Positions 51,079-59,972 of a stretch of DNA of 64,000 nt are shown here, piece by piece. The DNA comes from Flavobacteriales bacterium (GTDB lineage: Bacteria > Bacteroidota > Bacteroidia > Flavobacteriales > UBA7312). Position numbers and translations under genes: made by a program. The stretch spans positions 4,473-68,472 of the forward strand of contig CBFIDX010000006.1 of assembly GCA_965661505.1 (NCBI GenBank), read 5' to 3'. The notes under the pieces were generated by a model. That model was not told where the DNA came from. It did not search any database and was given only the letters and a program-made list of their open reading frames with translations. Numbering within the stretch: the first letter of the stretch is position 1; the number at the start of each line of letters is the position of its first letter.

Positions 51079-52114
51079 GCCACTGATGCTCATCCTTCAA
51101 TTTTCCATATTGAATTCCCTGAAGGTTTTCTTTTAATAGCTGAGCGTAGCTGTTTGAAAGAGGTGCAATGGTAAATTTTTTATCTCGGAAGGTAATGGAG
51201 TTAATTGAATTGATGGTGACCGCAGTACCCACGCCAAAGGCTTCTTTTAAGGATCCATTTTGCTGTGCTTCTAAAATTTCTTCTACCGATACTCTACGCT
51301 CTTCAACTTCAATGTTATTTTCTTTGGCTAAGCTCAAAATACTTTTTCGAGTGATGCCTGCTAAAATACTATCTCCTAGCATAGGAGTAACCAATGCATC
51401 CTTAATGCGAAACATAATATTCATGGTTCCCGATTCCTCAATGTACTTATGCTCTTTTGCGTCGGTCCAGATTACCTGAGTAAAGCCTTGATTTTGGGCT
51501 TCTTTAGTAGGGGCGAATGCTGCTGCATAATTTCCTGCCGCTTTGGTGAAGCCAATACCTCCTTTCACAGACCGAGCGTAGCGCTCTTCTATTTTTAAAT
51601 GAACTTCTCCAGAGTAATAAGACGAGCTCGGAGAGGTAATGATAAAAAAGGTAAACTCATCAGCAGGTGTTGCTCTGATAAATTCGCTAGTAGAAATCAT
51701 GAAGGGACGGATGTAAAGTGATCTTCCTTTTCCTTCAGGAATCCAGTTTTGATCAAGTTTTAATAGCTCCCTTAAGCCTGAAAAAAATTCTTCTTTAGGA
51801 AAGGAGGGCATGCATAATCTTTTAGCGGACTGATTGAGTCGATCAATATTTTCTTCTGGTCGAAACAAGATCGTTTTACCCTCATCCGATTTAAACGCTT
51901 TCATCCCTTCAAAAACAGCTTGACCATAATGAAAAACATGGGTGCCTGGAGCCATAGAAATAGGCTGGTAAGGAAGAATTTCAGCCTCTTGCCATTGACC
52001 CCCCTTAAATTTACACATGAACATGTGATCACTGAAGACTTTGCCAAACGCTAGATTGTTAAAGTCTACTTCGTTTCTGCGTGATTGTTTTGTTAATGTG
52101 ATTTTCATTGGCAC
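51065..52114 (-). CDS. ilvE: Branched-chain amino acid aminotransferase
   Basis: 349 aa, class IV aminotransferase. Motifs include HYGQAVFEGMKAF, the PLP-lysine region and GNYAA...GTMNIF. Confidence 0.9.
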   Translation of the reverse strand: MPMKITLTKQSRRNEVDFNNLAFGKVFSDHMFMCKFKGGQWQEAEILPYQPISMAPGTHVFHYGQAVFEGMKAFKSDEGKTILFRPEENIDRLNQSAKRLCMPSFPKEEFFSGLRELLKLDQNWIPEGKGRSLYIRPFMISTSEFIRATPADEFTFFIITSPSSSYYSGEVHLKIEERYARSVKGGIGFTKAAGNYAAAFAPTKEAQNQGFTQVIWTDAKEHKYIEESGTMNIMFRIKDALVTPMLGDSILAGITRKSILSLAKENNIEVEERRVSVEEILEAQQNGSLKEAFGVGTAVTINSINSITFRDKKFTIAPLSNSYAQLLKENLQGIQYGKLKDEHQWLMHL

Positions 52115-52116
52115 TG

Positions 52117-53202
52117 TTATTTAATGTATCGGAAATCGTGACCGTCTTCAATCTTTTGCAAAGCTTCGTAAATCAGCTTAATTACATTCTCTACATCGTC
52201 TTTATGTACGCTTTCTACAGTGGTATGCATGTAGCGTAAGGGCAAAGAGATAAGTGCCGAAGCAACTCCCCCTGTAGAGTAAGCAAAGGCGTCGGTATCT
52301 GTTCCTGTTGCTCTACTAGCTGCTGCACGCTGGAAAGGAATCCTCTTCTCTTCAGCAGTATCAATAAGAAGATGGAGTAAGTTGTTTTGTACAGCTGGTC
52401 CGTAAGTTAAGACTGGGCCTTTGCCTGCAAACAAATCACCTTGCTTGATTTTGTTGATCATTGGAGTTTGTGTATCGTGACAAACATCCGTCACAATGGC
52501 TACATTTGGTTTGATGGATTCGGTGATCATTTGTGCTCCTCGTAAACCCACTTCCTCTTGTACAGAGTTTGTGATATATAGCCCAAAAGGCAACTTCTTA
52601 TTATTTTCTTTTAACAGGCGCGCAACCTCTGCAATCATAAAACCGCCAATTCTGTTGTCTAAGGCACGACCTACGTAATAATTCTTGTTGAGTACCATGA
52701 ACTCATCCTCGTAAGTGACCACACAGCCAACATGAACTCCTAATTTCTCTACTTCCTCTTTGGTGGTACAGCCACAATCTAAAAAGATATTATCTAATTT
52801 AGGTGCCTTTTCTTCCCCTCCATGACGAGTGTGTATGGCTGGCCATCCAAAAATAGCTTTAACAATGCCGTTTTTGGTATGTATATTAACGCGTTTGGAT
52901 GGTGCAATTTGATGGTCACTTCCACCGTTTCTTCTCAAATAAATAAAGCCATCCTTCGTGATGTAATGAACGAACCAGGATATCTCATCGGCATGTGCTT
53001 CAATTACTACTTTGTATTTTGCTTCTGGATTAATTACGCCTACAACCGTGCCGTAGGTATCCACAAAACTCTCATCAATGTATGGTTTAATGTAGTCTAG
53101 CCACATTTTTTGTCCTTGGCTTTCAAAACCTGTTGGAGAGGGGTTGTTGATGTATTTTTCTAAAAAATTGAGTGACTTTTTAGTGAGTATGCTCTTCGCC
53201 AT
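52117..53202 (-). CDS. M42 family metallopeptidase (glutamyl aminopeptidase/FrvX-like)
   Basis: 361 aa with IEAHADEI, GRALDNRIG and QEEVGLRGA. Confidence 0.85.
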   Translation of the reverse strand: MAKSILTKKSLNFLEKYINNPSPTGFESQGQKMWLDYIKPYIDESFVDTYGTVVGVINPEAKYKVVIEAHADEISWFVHYITKDGFIYLRRNGGSDHQIAPSKRVNIHTKNGIVKAIFGWPAIHTRHGGEEKAPKLDNIFLDCGCTTKEEVEKLGVHVGCVVTYEDEFMVLNKNYYVGRALDNRIGGFMIAEVARLLKENNKKLPFGLYITNSVQEEVGLRGAQMITESIKPNVAIVTDVCHDTQTPMINKIKQGDLFAGKGPVLTYGPAVQNNLLHLLIDTAEEKRIPFQRAAASRATGTDTDAFAYSTGGVASALISLPLRYMHTTVESVHKDDVENVIKLIYEALQKIEDGHDFRYIK

Positions 53203-53233
53203 GATGTTAATTTTTGGGCTTGCAAATTTACAT

Positions 53234-53266
53234 AAAAAAAGGGGAACAATAATTGAACCCCTTTTT
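53234..53266 (-). terminator. Terminator downstream of the T9SS cargo gene
   Basis: The minus strand reads aaaaagggg-(13-nt loop)-cccctttttt followed by additional T residues. Confidence 0.55.
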
Positions 53267-53283
53267 CAACTTATAGGAAGCTA

Positions 53284-54690
53284 CTATTGCACGTAAACGA
53301 TTTTTTGAGAGCTAATCATTTTTTGATCTGCTTTTACCGTTACAAAATACTGCCCTTTACTCAGCTCAAGCTGATAAAAAAGTAGGTGGTTCCCAGAGGG
53401 TAAAAACTGAGGGCTGAATTGGTGTATTTTTTGACCCATCAGATTGTAGATTTCAACACTAATTTTTTGCTGATGAACTAGCTTTAGGGGGATCATGAAT
53501 CCACCCTTAACAGGGTTGGGATAAATTTCACCAACCGCATTGTTGGGATGTTCGAAAATGCTAGTAGATGTGTTGGTAGAAACCTCAAATAAAATGGATT
53601 GATCATAGGCAAAAAGCTGATCAGATACCCTAAAAGACATAATATAGGGTTGAGTTCTTAGCATACTTGCATCTGGCGTCCATTCAAAAATTCCTTCTAC
53701 CTCATTTCCATTTCCAGTAGATGAAAAGCTAAACGTTGCACCACAAAATAAGGTAGGCTCACCAAAAGCTTCCATAACAATAAGGTCGTTAATATCCGGA
53801 TCACTAGCCAACAGGCTTAATTGGTAGTTTTGGTTAGGACTGATTGACACATAAGGATAGCCGGCTGCATTGGTAGGGATATTGGCTATATTGGTAAACA
53901 TGGATAATGCATTCCAAGCAGGGAGCACAATTAATTGCATGTCACGCCTAATTTCGCCTATTTTAACTCCATTTCTATATTCTTCTACCAAAACTGTAGT
54001 TACATAGTTGCCTATAAAACTGGCTGTCCAGCTGATGTCTCCGGTAACCGCATCGATGCTGAAGGTTCCTAGCCCGCTGGTGTCTTGAGGCAATATGTAT
54101 CCAGCGCACTGAATACCGTAAGCCGTATTTGGTGTATCGAGGCTCCAAACTAAAGAGTCTCCATCAGAATCAAAGGGTAAGGGATTGTACACCCAAGGTG
54201 TATTGACCGGTAAGTAGCTGATGGGAGGTGCTAGAAAATAAGGACTAGAATTATTGCTTGAGTCAATCATTACTTCGGCATGTAAAAACATGCTCTCACT
54301 TCCTGGGCTAGTTAAATTTACAATGGCGTTATTTCGGCAGCAGTTCTCCCAATTAACTATGTATTGCCCATAGGTAGGAAAGGAGAAGGTGTCGGCATAA
54401 ATATAGATTTCGGTTCCGTAGGGGATCAATGGAACTAAATTTCCTGAAATAACTGTATCATAAGAAATTTGTAAAACGGTGTCCCACATCGTAGTTTGAT
54501 TTGTAATACTAATGGACATATTATTTGCCATGGCAATGCCCATGGTGTCTCGATAGGCCGTTGCTACAATGGCATAATCGTTGCCAGAAATGTGTTGGAC
54601 CGTAATTTCTCCTCCCATCAAATGAGATGCCTTACTGTTAAATGGAAAAAGGATAAACAAACAGAGGATTAATAATAGAGTTTTTTTCAT
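53284..54690 (-). CDS. Secreted protein of unknown function with a T9SS C-terminal sorting domain
   Basis: Signal peptide MKKTLLLILCLFILFPFNSKA begins at the internal ATG at 54690; the ORF track runs to 54753. The mature N-terminus is SHLMGGEITV, with a CCRN motif. A cadherin/Ig-like DSDGDSLVWSL segment follows. The C-terminus is EIYPNPVKGGF...GQYFVTVKADQKMISSQKIVYVQ. Confidence 0.75.
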   Translation of the reverse strand: MKKTLLLILCLFILFPFNSKASHLMGGEITVQHISGNDYAIVATAYRDTMGIAMANNMSISITNQTTMWDTVLQISYDTVISGNLVPLIPYGTEIYIYADTFSFPTYGQYIVNWENCCRNNAIVNLTSPGSESMFLHAEVMIDSSNNSSPYFLAPPISYLPVNTPWVYNPLPFDSDGDSLVWSLDTPNTAYGIQCAGYILPQDTSGLGTFSIDAVTGDISWTASFIGNYVTTVLVEEYRNGVKIGEIRRDMQLIVLPAWNALSMFTNIANIPTNAAGYPYVSISPNQNYQLSLLASDPDINDLIVMEAFGEPTLFCGATFSFSSTGNGNEVEGIFEWTPDASMLRTQPYIMSFRVSDQLFAYDQSILFEVSTNTSTSIFEHPNNAVGEIYPNPVKGGFMIPLKLVHQQKISVEIYNLMGQKIHQFSPQFLPSGNHLLFYQLELSKGQYFVTVKADQKMISSQKIVYVQ

Positions 54691-54790
54691 AACTAGAGCA
54701 TTATTGGTTTGGGTAAAAATATAAAAACAATTTGATGAAAGAGTAGAAAGCATACATTTATACTGTGTTTCGAATAATTAATTTTACTTA

Positions 54791-55456
54791 ATGAAGAAAG
54801 AACTCATTTTCACTGCAGATGGTAGTAAAACATTGTTTGTTCCAGAGTTAAAAGAGTATTATCACTCGATTCATGGTGCTCTGGCTGAAGCGAAGCATGT
54901 GTTTCTTAAAAACGGATTGCAATCCGTTTCTAAAGAACAAATAGCCATTTTAGAAATGGGGTTTGGTACCGGACTGAATGCTTTTTTAAGCTTTTTGTTA
55001 GCTGCTTCTGATGAAAAAAAAATTGACTATACTGCCTTAGAAGCACATCCTTTATCTGCAGAGCTTGTGGATGCCATGGGGTATGTAGCACTTTTGAATG
55101 CTCAAAAAGAGGCCTCTTTTTTCCAAAAAATACACAATTGTCAATGGGAGTCGAAGCAACTGATTGCAGCTCATTTTTCTTTAACCAAAATAGCGCAACG
55201 CATTGAAGATGTATCCTTCAATAAGTGTTTTGATTTGATTTATTACGATGCTTTTGGGCCCCGTGTTCAGCCTGAGTTATGGACAGAAATAATCTTTTCT
55301 AAACTTTATGCCTCAATGAATAAGGGGGGAGTGCTGGTTACTTATTGCGCCAAGGGTACTGTAAAGCGTGCTTTAAAAGCCGTTGGTTTTGAAGTAGAAT
55401 CCCTTGAAGGCCCCCCTGGTAAACGAGAAATGACAAGGGCCAAAAAAATCCTATGA
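54791..55456 (+). CDS. mnmD: MnmD-like tRNA (mnm5s2U34) methyltransferase (DUF752 SAM-dependent methyltransferase)
   Basis: 221 aa with FTADGSKTLFVPELKEYYHSIHGA, the SAM motif ILEMGFGTGLN and IYYDAFGP. Confidence 0.65.
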   Translation: MKKELIFTADGSKTLFVPELKEYYHSIHGALAEAKHVFLKNGLQSVSKEQIAILEMGFGTGLNAFLSFLLAASDEKKIDYTALEAHPLSAELVDAMGYVALLNAQKEASFFQKIHNCQWESKQLIAAHFSLTKIAQRIEDVSFNKCFDLIYYDAFGPRVQPELWTEIIFSKLYASMNKGGVLVTYCAKGTVKRALKAVGFEVESLEGPPGKREMTRAKKIL

Positions 55457-55487
55457 GAGAATTCTGTAGTATTTCGATAAAAATTTA

Positions 55488-55495
55488 TACATTTG
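55488..55495 (+). promoter_or_regulatory. -7 promoter box TAcaTTTG upstream of rpsT
   Basis: TACATTTG lies 34 nt before the rpsT ATG. No clean -33 TTTG was found. Confidence 0.35.
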
Positions 55496-55528
55496 CGCTC
55501 CAATTTTGAACAGAAATAATTAGAAAAT

Positions 55529-55780
55529 ATGGCTAATCACAAGTCAGCAAAGAAAAGAATTCGTCAAACGGCAAAGCGTAATGCTGCCAACAGCTACTAC
55601 CATAAAACAACTCGTAATGCGGTAAGAAAACTGCGTGCGATGACAGATAAAAAAGAAGCAGTAGCTTACCTTCCTTCTGTAGAATCTATGTTGGATAAGT
55701 TAACTAAGCGTAACATTATTCACAACAACAAGGCTGCCAACCTTAAATCGAAATTAGCCAAGCACGTTAATAACTTATAG
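55529..55780 (+). CDS. rpsT: 30S ribosomal protein S20
   Basis: 83 aa starting [15 protein letters not shown]...N. Confidence 0.92.
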   Translation: MANHKSAKKRIRQTAKRNAANSYYHKTTRNAVRKLRAMTDKKEAVAYLPSVESMLDKLTKRNIIHNNKAANLKSKLAKHVNNL

Positions 55781-55804
55781 TAGGCTTTAGGTAAAAAATA
55801 CACC

Positions 55805-55837
55805 AAAGAGCTTCCTTAATGGAAGCTCTTTTTTTTT
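55805..55837 (+). terminator. Rho-independent terminator after rpsT
   Basis: aaagagcttcc / ggaagctcttt around loop ttaat, followed by a long T run. Confidence 0.75.
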
Positions 55838-55848
55838 ATATTTAAAGC

Positions 55849-56544
55849 ATGAGAGATGAAAAAAAACTTCCTATAAAAGCATGGGCCAAAGATGATCGAC
55901 CCAGAGAAAAATTGCTGGAAAAAGGTAAATCTGCCTTAAGTGATGCCGAACTAATAGCAATTTTAATAGGATCAGGTAACAAAGATGATTCGGCGGTAAC
56001 AGTAGCACAACAGCTTCTGCATCAATCACAAAATAACTTACAGACACTTGCCAAAAAAACCATCACTGATTTAAGGCAACTCAAAGGGATAGGAGAAGCA
56101 AAAGCCATCAGTATTATTGCAGCGCTAGAATTAGGAAGAAGAAGAAAAGCAACAACACTTGTAGATAAACCTCAAATTAAGTCTAGTGCAGATGCTTATA
56201 CCCTTTTAGAAGATGTTTTTGCTGATCTAACACACGAAGAGTTTTGGATATTGCTTTTAAACAGAGCAAACAAAGTCATAAGTAGGCACTGTATTAGTAA
56301 AGGAGGTTTCTCAGGAACAGTAGCTGATCCTAAAATCATTTTTAAAATTGCTTTACAACACAATGCATGTGGTATGATTCTTTTTCACAATCACCCATCC
56401 AATAACTTGCAACCTAGTAATGCCGATAAAAAGCTAACCGAACAATTGCATCATGCAGGAAAGTTGTTAGAAATTCCTGTTTTAGATCACCTCATAACTG
56501 GCGAAAACAATTATTTTAGCTTTGCAGATATGGGATGGCTTTAA
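55849..56544 (+). CDS. radC: RadC-family JAB/MPN domain protein
   Basis: 231 aa with an N-terminal HhH region (RPREKLL..G...LSDAELIAILIGSG). The JAMM motif is HNHPSNNLQPSNADKKLT. Confidence 0.85.
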   Translation: MRDEKKLPIKAWAKDDRPREKLLEKGKSALSDAELIAILIGSGNKDDSAVTVAQQLLHQSQNNLQTLAKKTITDLRQLKGIGEAKAISIIAALELGRRRKATTLVDKPQIKSSADAYTLLEDVFADLTHEEFWILLLNRANKVISRHCISKGGFSGTVADPKIIFKIALQHNACGMILFHNHPSNNLQPSNADKKLTEQLHHAGKLLEIPVLDHLITGENNYFSFADMGWL

Positions 56545-57846
56545 ATGCTTGTATATACTCCAAAAATAACTCCACGGATCCGTTACATTTTTCAAACAAT
56601 CTTTGAAGATGTTTGGCTTGCCAATGTTGAGCTGACTGAAGACCTAGAAGTTTTCAAACAACATCAAGGGCCAAAAATTAATTATTCTCTAAGAAAGATA
56701 GAGGATGAATTATTTATCGAACGCCACGATTTACTGATTCAGAAAGGCATTTCAGATCAAGAAATTCAGATGACCGAATGGGAAGGCCTTCCGGTATTTT
56801 TTCAAACCAGTTCTTACTCAGACATTCCGTTTGATTTCTTCGCAGCAAGCTTCTATCTATTATCTAGGTATGAAGAATACTTACCCCATATTCGAGATCA
56901 TTACGAACGTTTTATGGCCAAGGAAAGCCTTGCTTTTCAGCACGGATTTTTACAAAAGCCATTGATAAACCTTTGGATGAAAAAAATAGTGAAGGTTTTT
57001 CAAAAGAAATATCCAAATTTTATAACCAATCAAACCCCATTTAAGTTCGTGTCAACCATTGATGTTGACAATGCCTATTGTTATTTAGAAAAAGGACTGG
57101 CTCGTTCATTGGGTGGGTTTATGCGCTCTTTTATAAACGGAGATCGTGAGGCAATGAAAGAGCGTTGGCAGGTACTACGAAAAAAACAAAAAGATCCCTA
57201 CGATACTTTTGAACTACAGTTAGCACTCCAAAAAAAGTATGATCTGGAGGTAACGTATTTCATCCTACTCGCCGACTACGGATTAAATGACAAAAATATT
57301 TCTCATCATAGTAGGGCATTTCAGCTATTGATCAAGCACCTTTCTGATCATGCTCAGGTAGGAATACATCCTTCCTTTGGTGCTAATTACCAAGAGGGGA
57401 AATTAAAAGAAGAGTTGCAACGCTTAGAAAACATCATAAAAAGAGCTGTCGTTGATAGTCGTCAACACTTTTTAAAACTCGCATTTCCCAATACTTACAG
57501 AGGCCTGATTGACTTAGGTGTTCAGAACGATTACACCATGGGATATGCTTCCTACCCTGGTTTTAGAGCCAGTATTTGTCATCCGTTTTACTTTTACGAT
57601 TTAGAATTGGAGTTAAAAACATCACTTAAGATTCATCCTTTTGTGGTAATGGATGCTACCTTTAAATACTATTTAGAATTTAGTCCACAACAAGCCCTGT
57701 CTTTAACTCAAGAACTACTGGAAGAAGTAAAAAAGGTAAACGGTACTTTCACCTTGTTATGGCATAACGAGACGTTTAGTGATTTAGGAGCTTGGAAGGG
57801 ATGGAGTCAGTTGTACGAGCAAATAGTAAAACTAGCAAAATCATGA
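56545..57846 (+). CDS. Polysaccharide deacetylase-like protein of unknown specificity
   Basis: 433 aa. It starts immediately after the radC stop (TAAATG). The N-terminus YTPKITPRIRYIF and the C-terminal TFTLLWHNE resemble Bacteroidota proteins I recall being annotated as polysaccharide deacetylase family. Not verified by search. Confidence 0.5.
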   Translation: MLVYTPKITPRIRYIFQTIFEDVWLANVELTEDLEVFKQHQGPKINYSLRKIEDELFIERHDLLIQKGISDQEIQMTEWEGLPVFFQTSSYSDIPFDFFAASFYLLSRYEEYLPHIRDHYERFMAKESLAFQHGFLQKPLINLWMKKIVKVFQKKYPNFITNQTPFKFVSTIDVDNAYCYLEKGLARSLGGFMRSFINGDREAMKERWQVLRKKQKDPYDTFELQLALQKKYDLEVTYFILLADYGLNDKNISHHSRAFQLLIKHLSDHAQVGIHPSFGANYQEGKLKEELQRLENIIKRAVVDSRQHFLKLAFPNTYRGLIDLGVQNDYTMGYASYPGFRASICHPFYFYDLELELKTSLKIHPFVVMDATFKYYLEFSPQQALSLTQELLEEVKKVNGTFTLLWHNETFSDLGAWKGWSQLYEQIVKLAKS

Positions 57847-58718
57847 TTCGTTACCTAACACATCGAGAGTTAGATTTTGATAAATGGGATGCATGCATAG
57901 CTCAAGCTGAGCATTCATTGATTTACGGTTTTTCGTGGTATTTAAATGCTGTCTGTAACAATTGGGATGCCCTAGTATTGAACAATTACGAGGCGGTTTT
58001 TCCTTTGCCCAAACGGAAAAAAGGGGGCGTACCTTATATATATCAACCTTTTTTTTGTCAAAAATTGGGGCTTTTCGCAGCTAATAAAAACATTAAAATT
58101 GATGATTTTATCAATGCCATTCCTTCTCATTTTCAATACGTAGAGATGAATGTTTGTCAAAATGATTCGGTTTTTACCTCTCAAAAAAACGTTAATTATG
58201 AGTTATTGTTATCCCAAAAAAACCCTACGCTTTTCTCTAAAAATACAAAGCGAAACCTAAAAAAGGCAGAAAAGTCCATGCTTACATTAGTTTCTGATGT
58301 TTCTTACAATGAGCATTATAGGATGTTTAAAAAAGACCTAAAAAAAATGGGGCTTAAAAAACAGGACCTACTATTCTATAAAAACCTTTGTACTACACTA
58401 GTCAACTCTGGAAAAGGAACTATTTACGGCATAGTGGATGCAAGCAATGCATTGCTTGCAACGGCCTTAGTAGCGGTTGATGGACAGCGAATCTATTATT
58501 TGCATGCAGCAAACACCTTAAGAGGGAAAAAAACAGCTGCAGCACATTGTTTGATCCATAAGTTGATGCAACTTCATCCCGGAAAAATAGTTGATTTTGA
58601 AGGCTCAAATATTGAAGGGGTAGCGAGGTTCTATAAGGGTTTTGGAGCGCATCAAACTTTCTACTCCACAGTCAAAATAAATCGCTTACCCTTTTACCTG
58701 CGATGGTTAAAATCATGA
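57843..58718 (+). CDS. FemAB-like / GNAT-fold (Acetyltransf_6-like) protein
   Basis: The start at ATG 57843 overlaps the upstream TGA (ATGA); the ORF track extends to 57792. The C-terminal half (YYLHAANTLRGKKTAAAHCLIHKL...DFEGSN...GVARFYKGFG) resembles FemAB/BioF2-like acetyltransferase folds. Confidence 0.45.
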   Translation: MIRYLTHRELDFDKWDACIAQAEHSLIYGFSWYLNAVCNNWDALVLNNYEAVFPLPKRKKGGVPYIYQPFFCQKLGLFAANKNIKIDDFINAIPSHFQYVEMNVCQNDSVFTSQKNVNYELLLSQKNPTLFSKNTKRNLKKAEKSMLTLVSDVSYNEHYRMFKKDLKKMGLKKQDLLFYKNLCTTLVNSGKGTIYGIVDASNALLATALVAVDGQRIYYLHAANTLRGKKTAAAHCLIHKLMQLHPGKIVDFEGSNIEGVARFYKGFGAHQTFYSTVKINRLPFYLRWLKS

Positions 58719-58844
58719 GATGTTTATTTTTCTATGCCAGACTGATTTTTGTTTTCTATTAAAAATTTGAACAGGTAATATTTTTTTAGTTTTTTGGTTT
58801 TAGTATGTAACAAAATCCCGATTTTTGTACCCCAAATTATTTCA

Positions 58845-59276
58845 ATGAGTTTTTACCAAATAACGATGATATTATTGATGAGCAGTGTCAAGTTTCTATT
58901 GGCATTACCGTTAGCTGCTTTCCAGTATGAATTTTCTTTTTGGCAAACTTTTCTTTTGTCGTCCATAGGGGGATTACTAGGAATCTTTGTCTTTGCTTAT
59001 TTAAGTCATTTTATCATTGATAAATATTCTTCCTGGATGTCTAACAGACAGCAAGAAAACTCAAAAGACAGCATAAAAAAAGTGGTTGCCGTTAAAACAG
59101 TAAAAAAATACGGACTTTTTGGCATTGCTTTTTTAACGCCTATTTTCTTTTCCATTCCATTGGGCACCTTTATTGCCCTCCGTTTTTTTCCCAACAAAAA
59201 GAAGACGCTTCCGGTTTTAGCGGCAGCAGTTTTTGGCTGGTCCTTTGTATTATCATTTGCCTTAACCATTCTGTAA
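58845..59276 (+). CDS. Small polytopic membrane protein (hypothetical)
   Basis: About 143 aa from the internal ATG at 58845, with four predicted TM helices. Its stop abuts the ATG of the next gene (TAAATG). Confidence 0.45.
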   Translation: MSFYQITMILLMSSVKFLLALPLAAFQYEFSFWQTFLLSSIGGLLGIFVFAYLSHFIIDKYSSWMSNRQQENSKDSIKKVVAVKTVKKYGLFGIAFLTPIFFSIPLGTFIALRFFPNKKKTLPVLAAAVFGWSFVLSFALTIL

Positions 59277-59972
59277 ATGCATTTAGTCAAACATATTTTT
59301 TTCGATTTAGACAGAACGCTTTGGGATTTTGAAAAAAACGCCTTCGAAACCTTAGCTGAATTGTTTCAATTACATGCTCTGCAATCGAGGGGGGTTTCTA
59401 GTTTAGAGGATTTTATAAACTGCTATAAAAAGCACAATGAATCCTTGTGGGCACTTTATCGAGAAGGAAAAGTAACAAAGGAAATTCTTCGTTCGAAGCG
59501 CTTTCGCTTGGCATTAGGTGAGTTTGGTATTCAAGATGATTATTTAGCCAAAAAGCTAGGTGATCAGTACATTCAACAATGTCCACTAAAAACAAATATG
59601 TTTCCTTTTACACATGAGGTGTTGAGCTATCTACAAGAAAAATACCATTTACACATCATTACCAATGGATTTGAAGAAGTACAACATGTAAAGCTCGAGC
59701 AATCCAAACTAAGCCACTATTTTGAACAAATTATTACTTCCGAACAAGTAGGAGTAAAAAAACCAGATCCTGCTATTTTTCAATATGCATTACAAAAAGC
59801 TTCTTCCAATGCAAACCAAAGCATTATGATTGGTGATGATTTGCCCGTTGATATTTTGGGTGCTAAAGCCATAGGAATGAAGCAGGTTTATTTCAATCCT
59901 CATCAAGAAGCACATCAGGAAGAGCTAACGCATGAAATTACTTGTTTGAGTGAGCTAATGACTCTATTGTAA
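59277..59972 (+). CDS. HAD-family hydrolase (YjjG-like nucleotidase subfamily)
   Basis: 231 aa with HAD motif I FFDLDRTLWDF, motif II IITNG and motifs III/IV KKPD...MIGDD. Confidence 0.8.
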   Translation: MHLVKHIFFDLDRTLWDFEKNAFETLAELFQLHALQSRGVSSLEDFINCYKKHNESLWALYREGKVTKEILRSKRFRLALGEFGIQDDYLAKKLGDQYIQQCPLKTNMFPFTHEVLSYLQEKYHLHIITNGFEEVQHVKLEQSKLSHYFEQIITSEQVGVKKPDPAIFQYALQKASSNANQSIMIGDDLPVDILGAKAIGMKQVYFNPHQEAHQEELTHEITCLSELMTLL

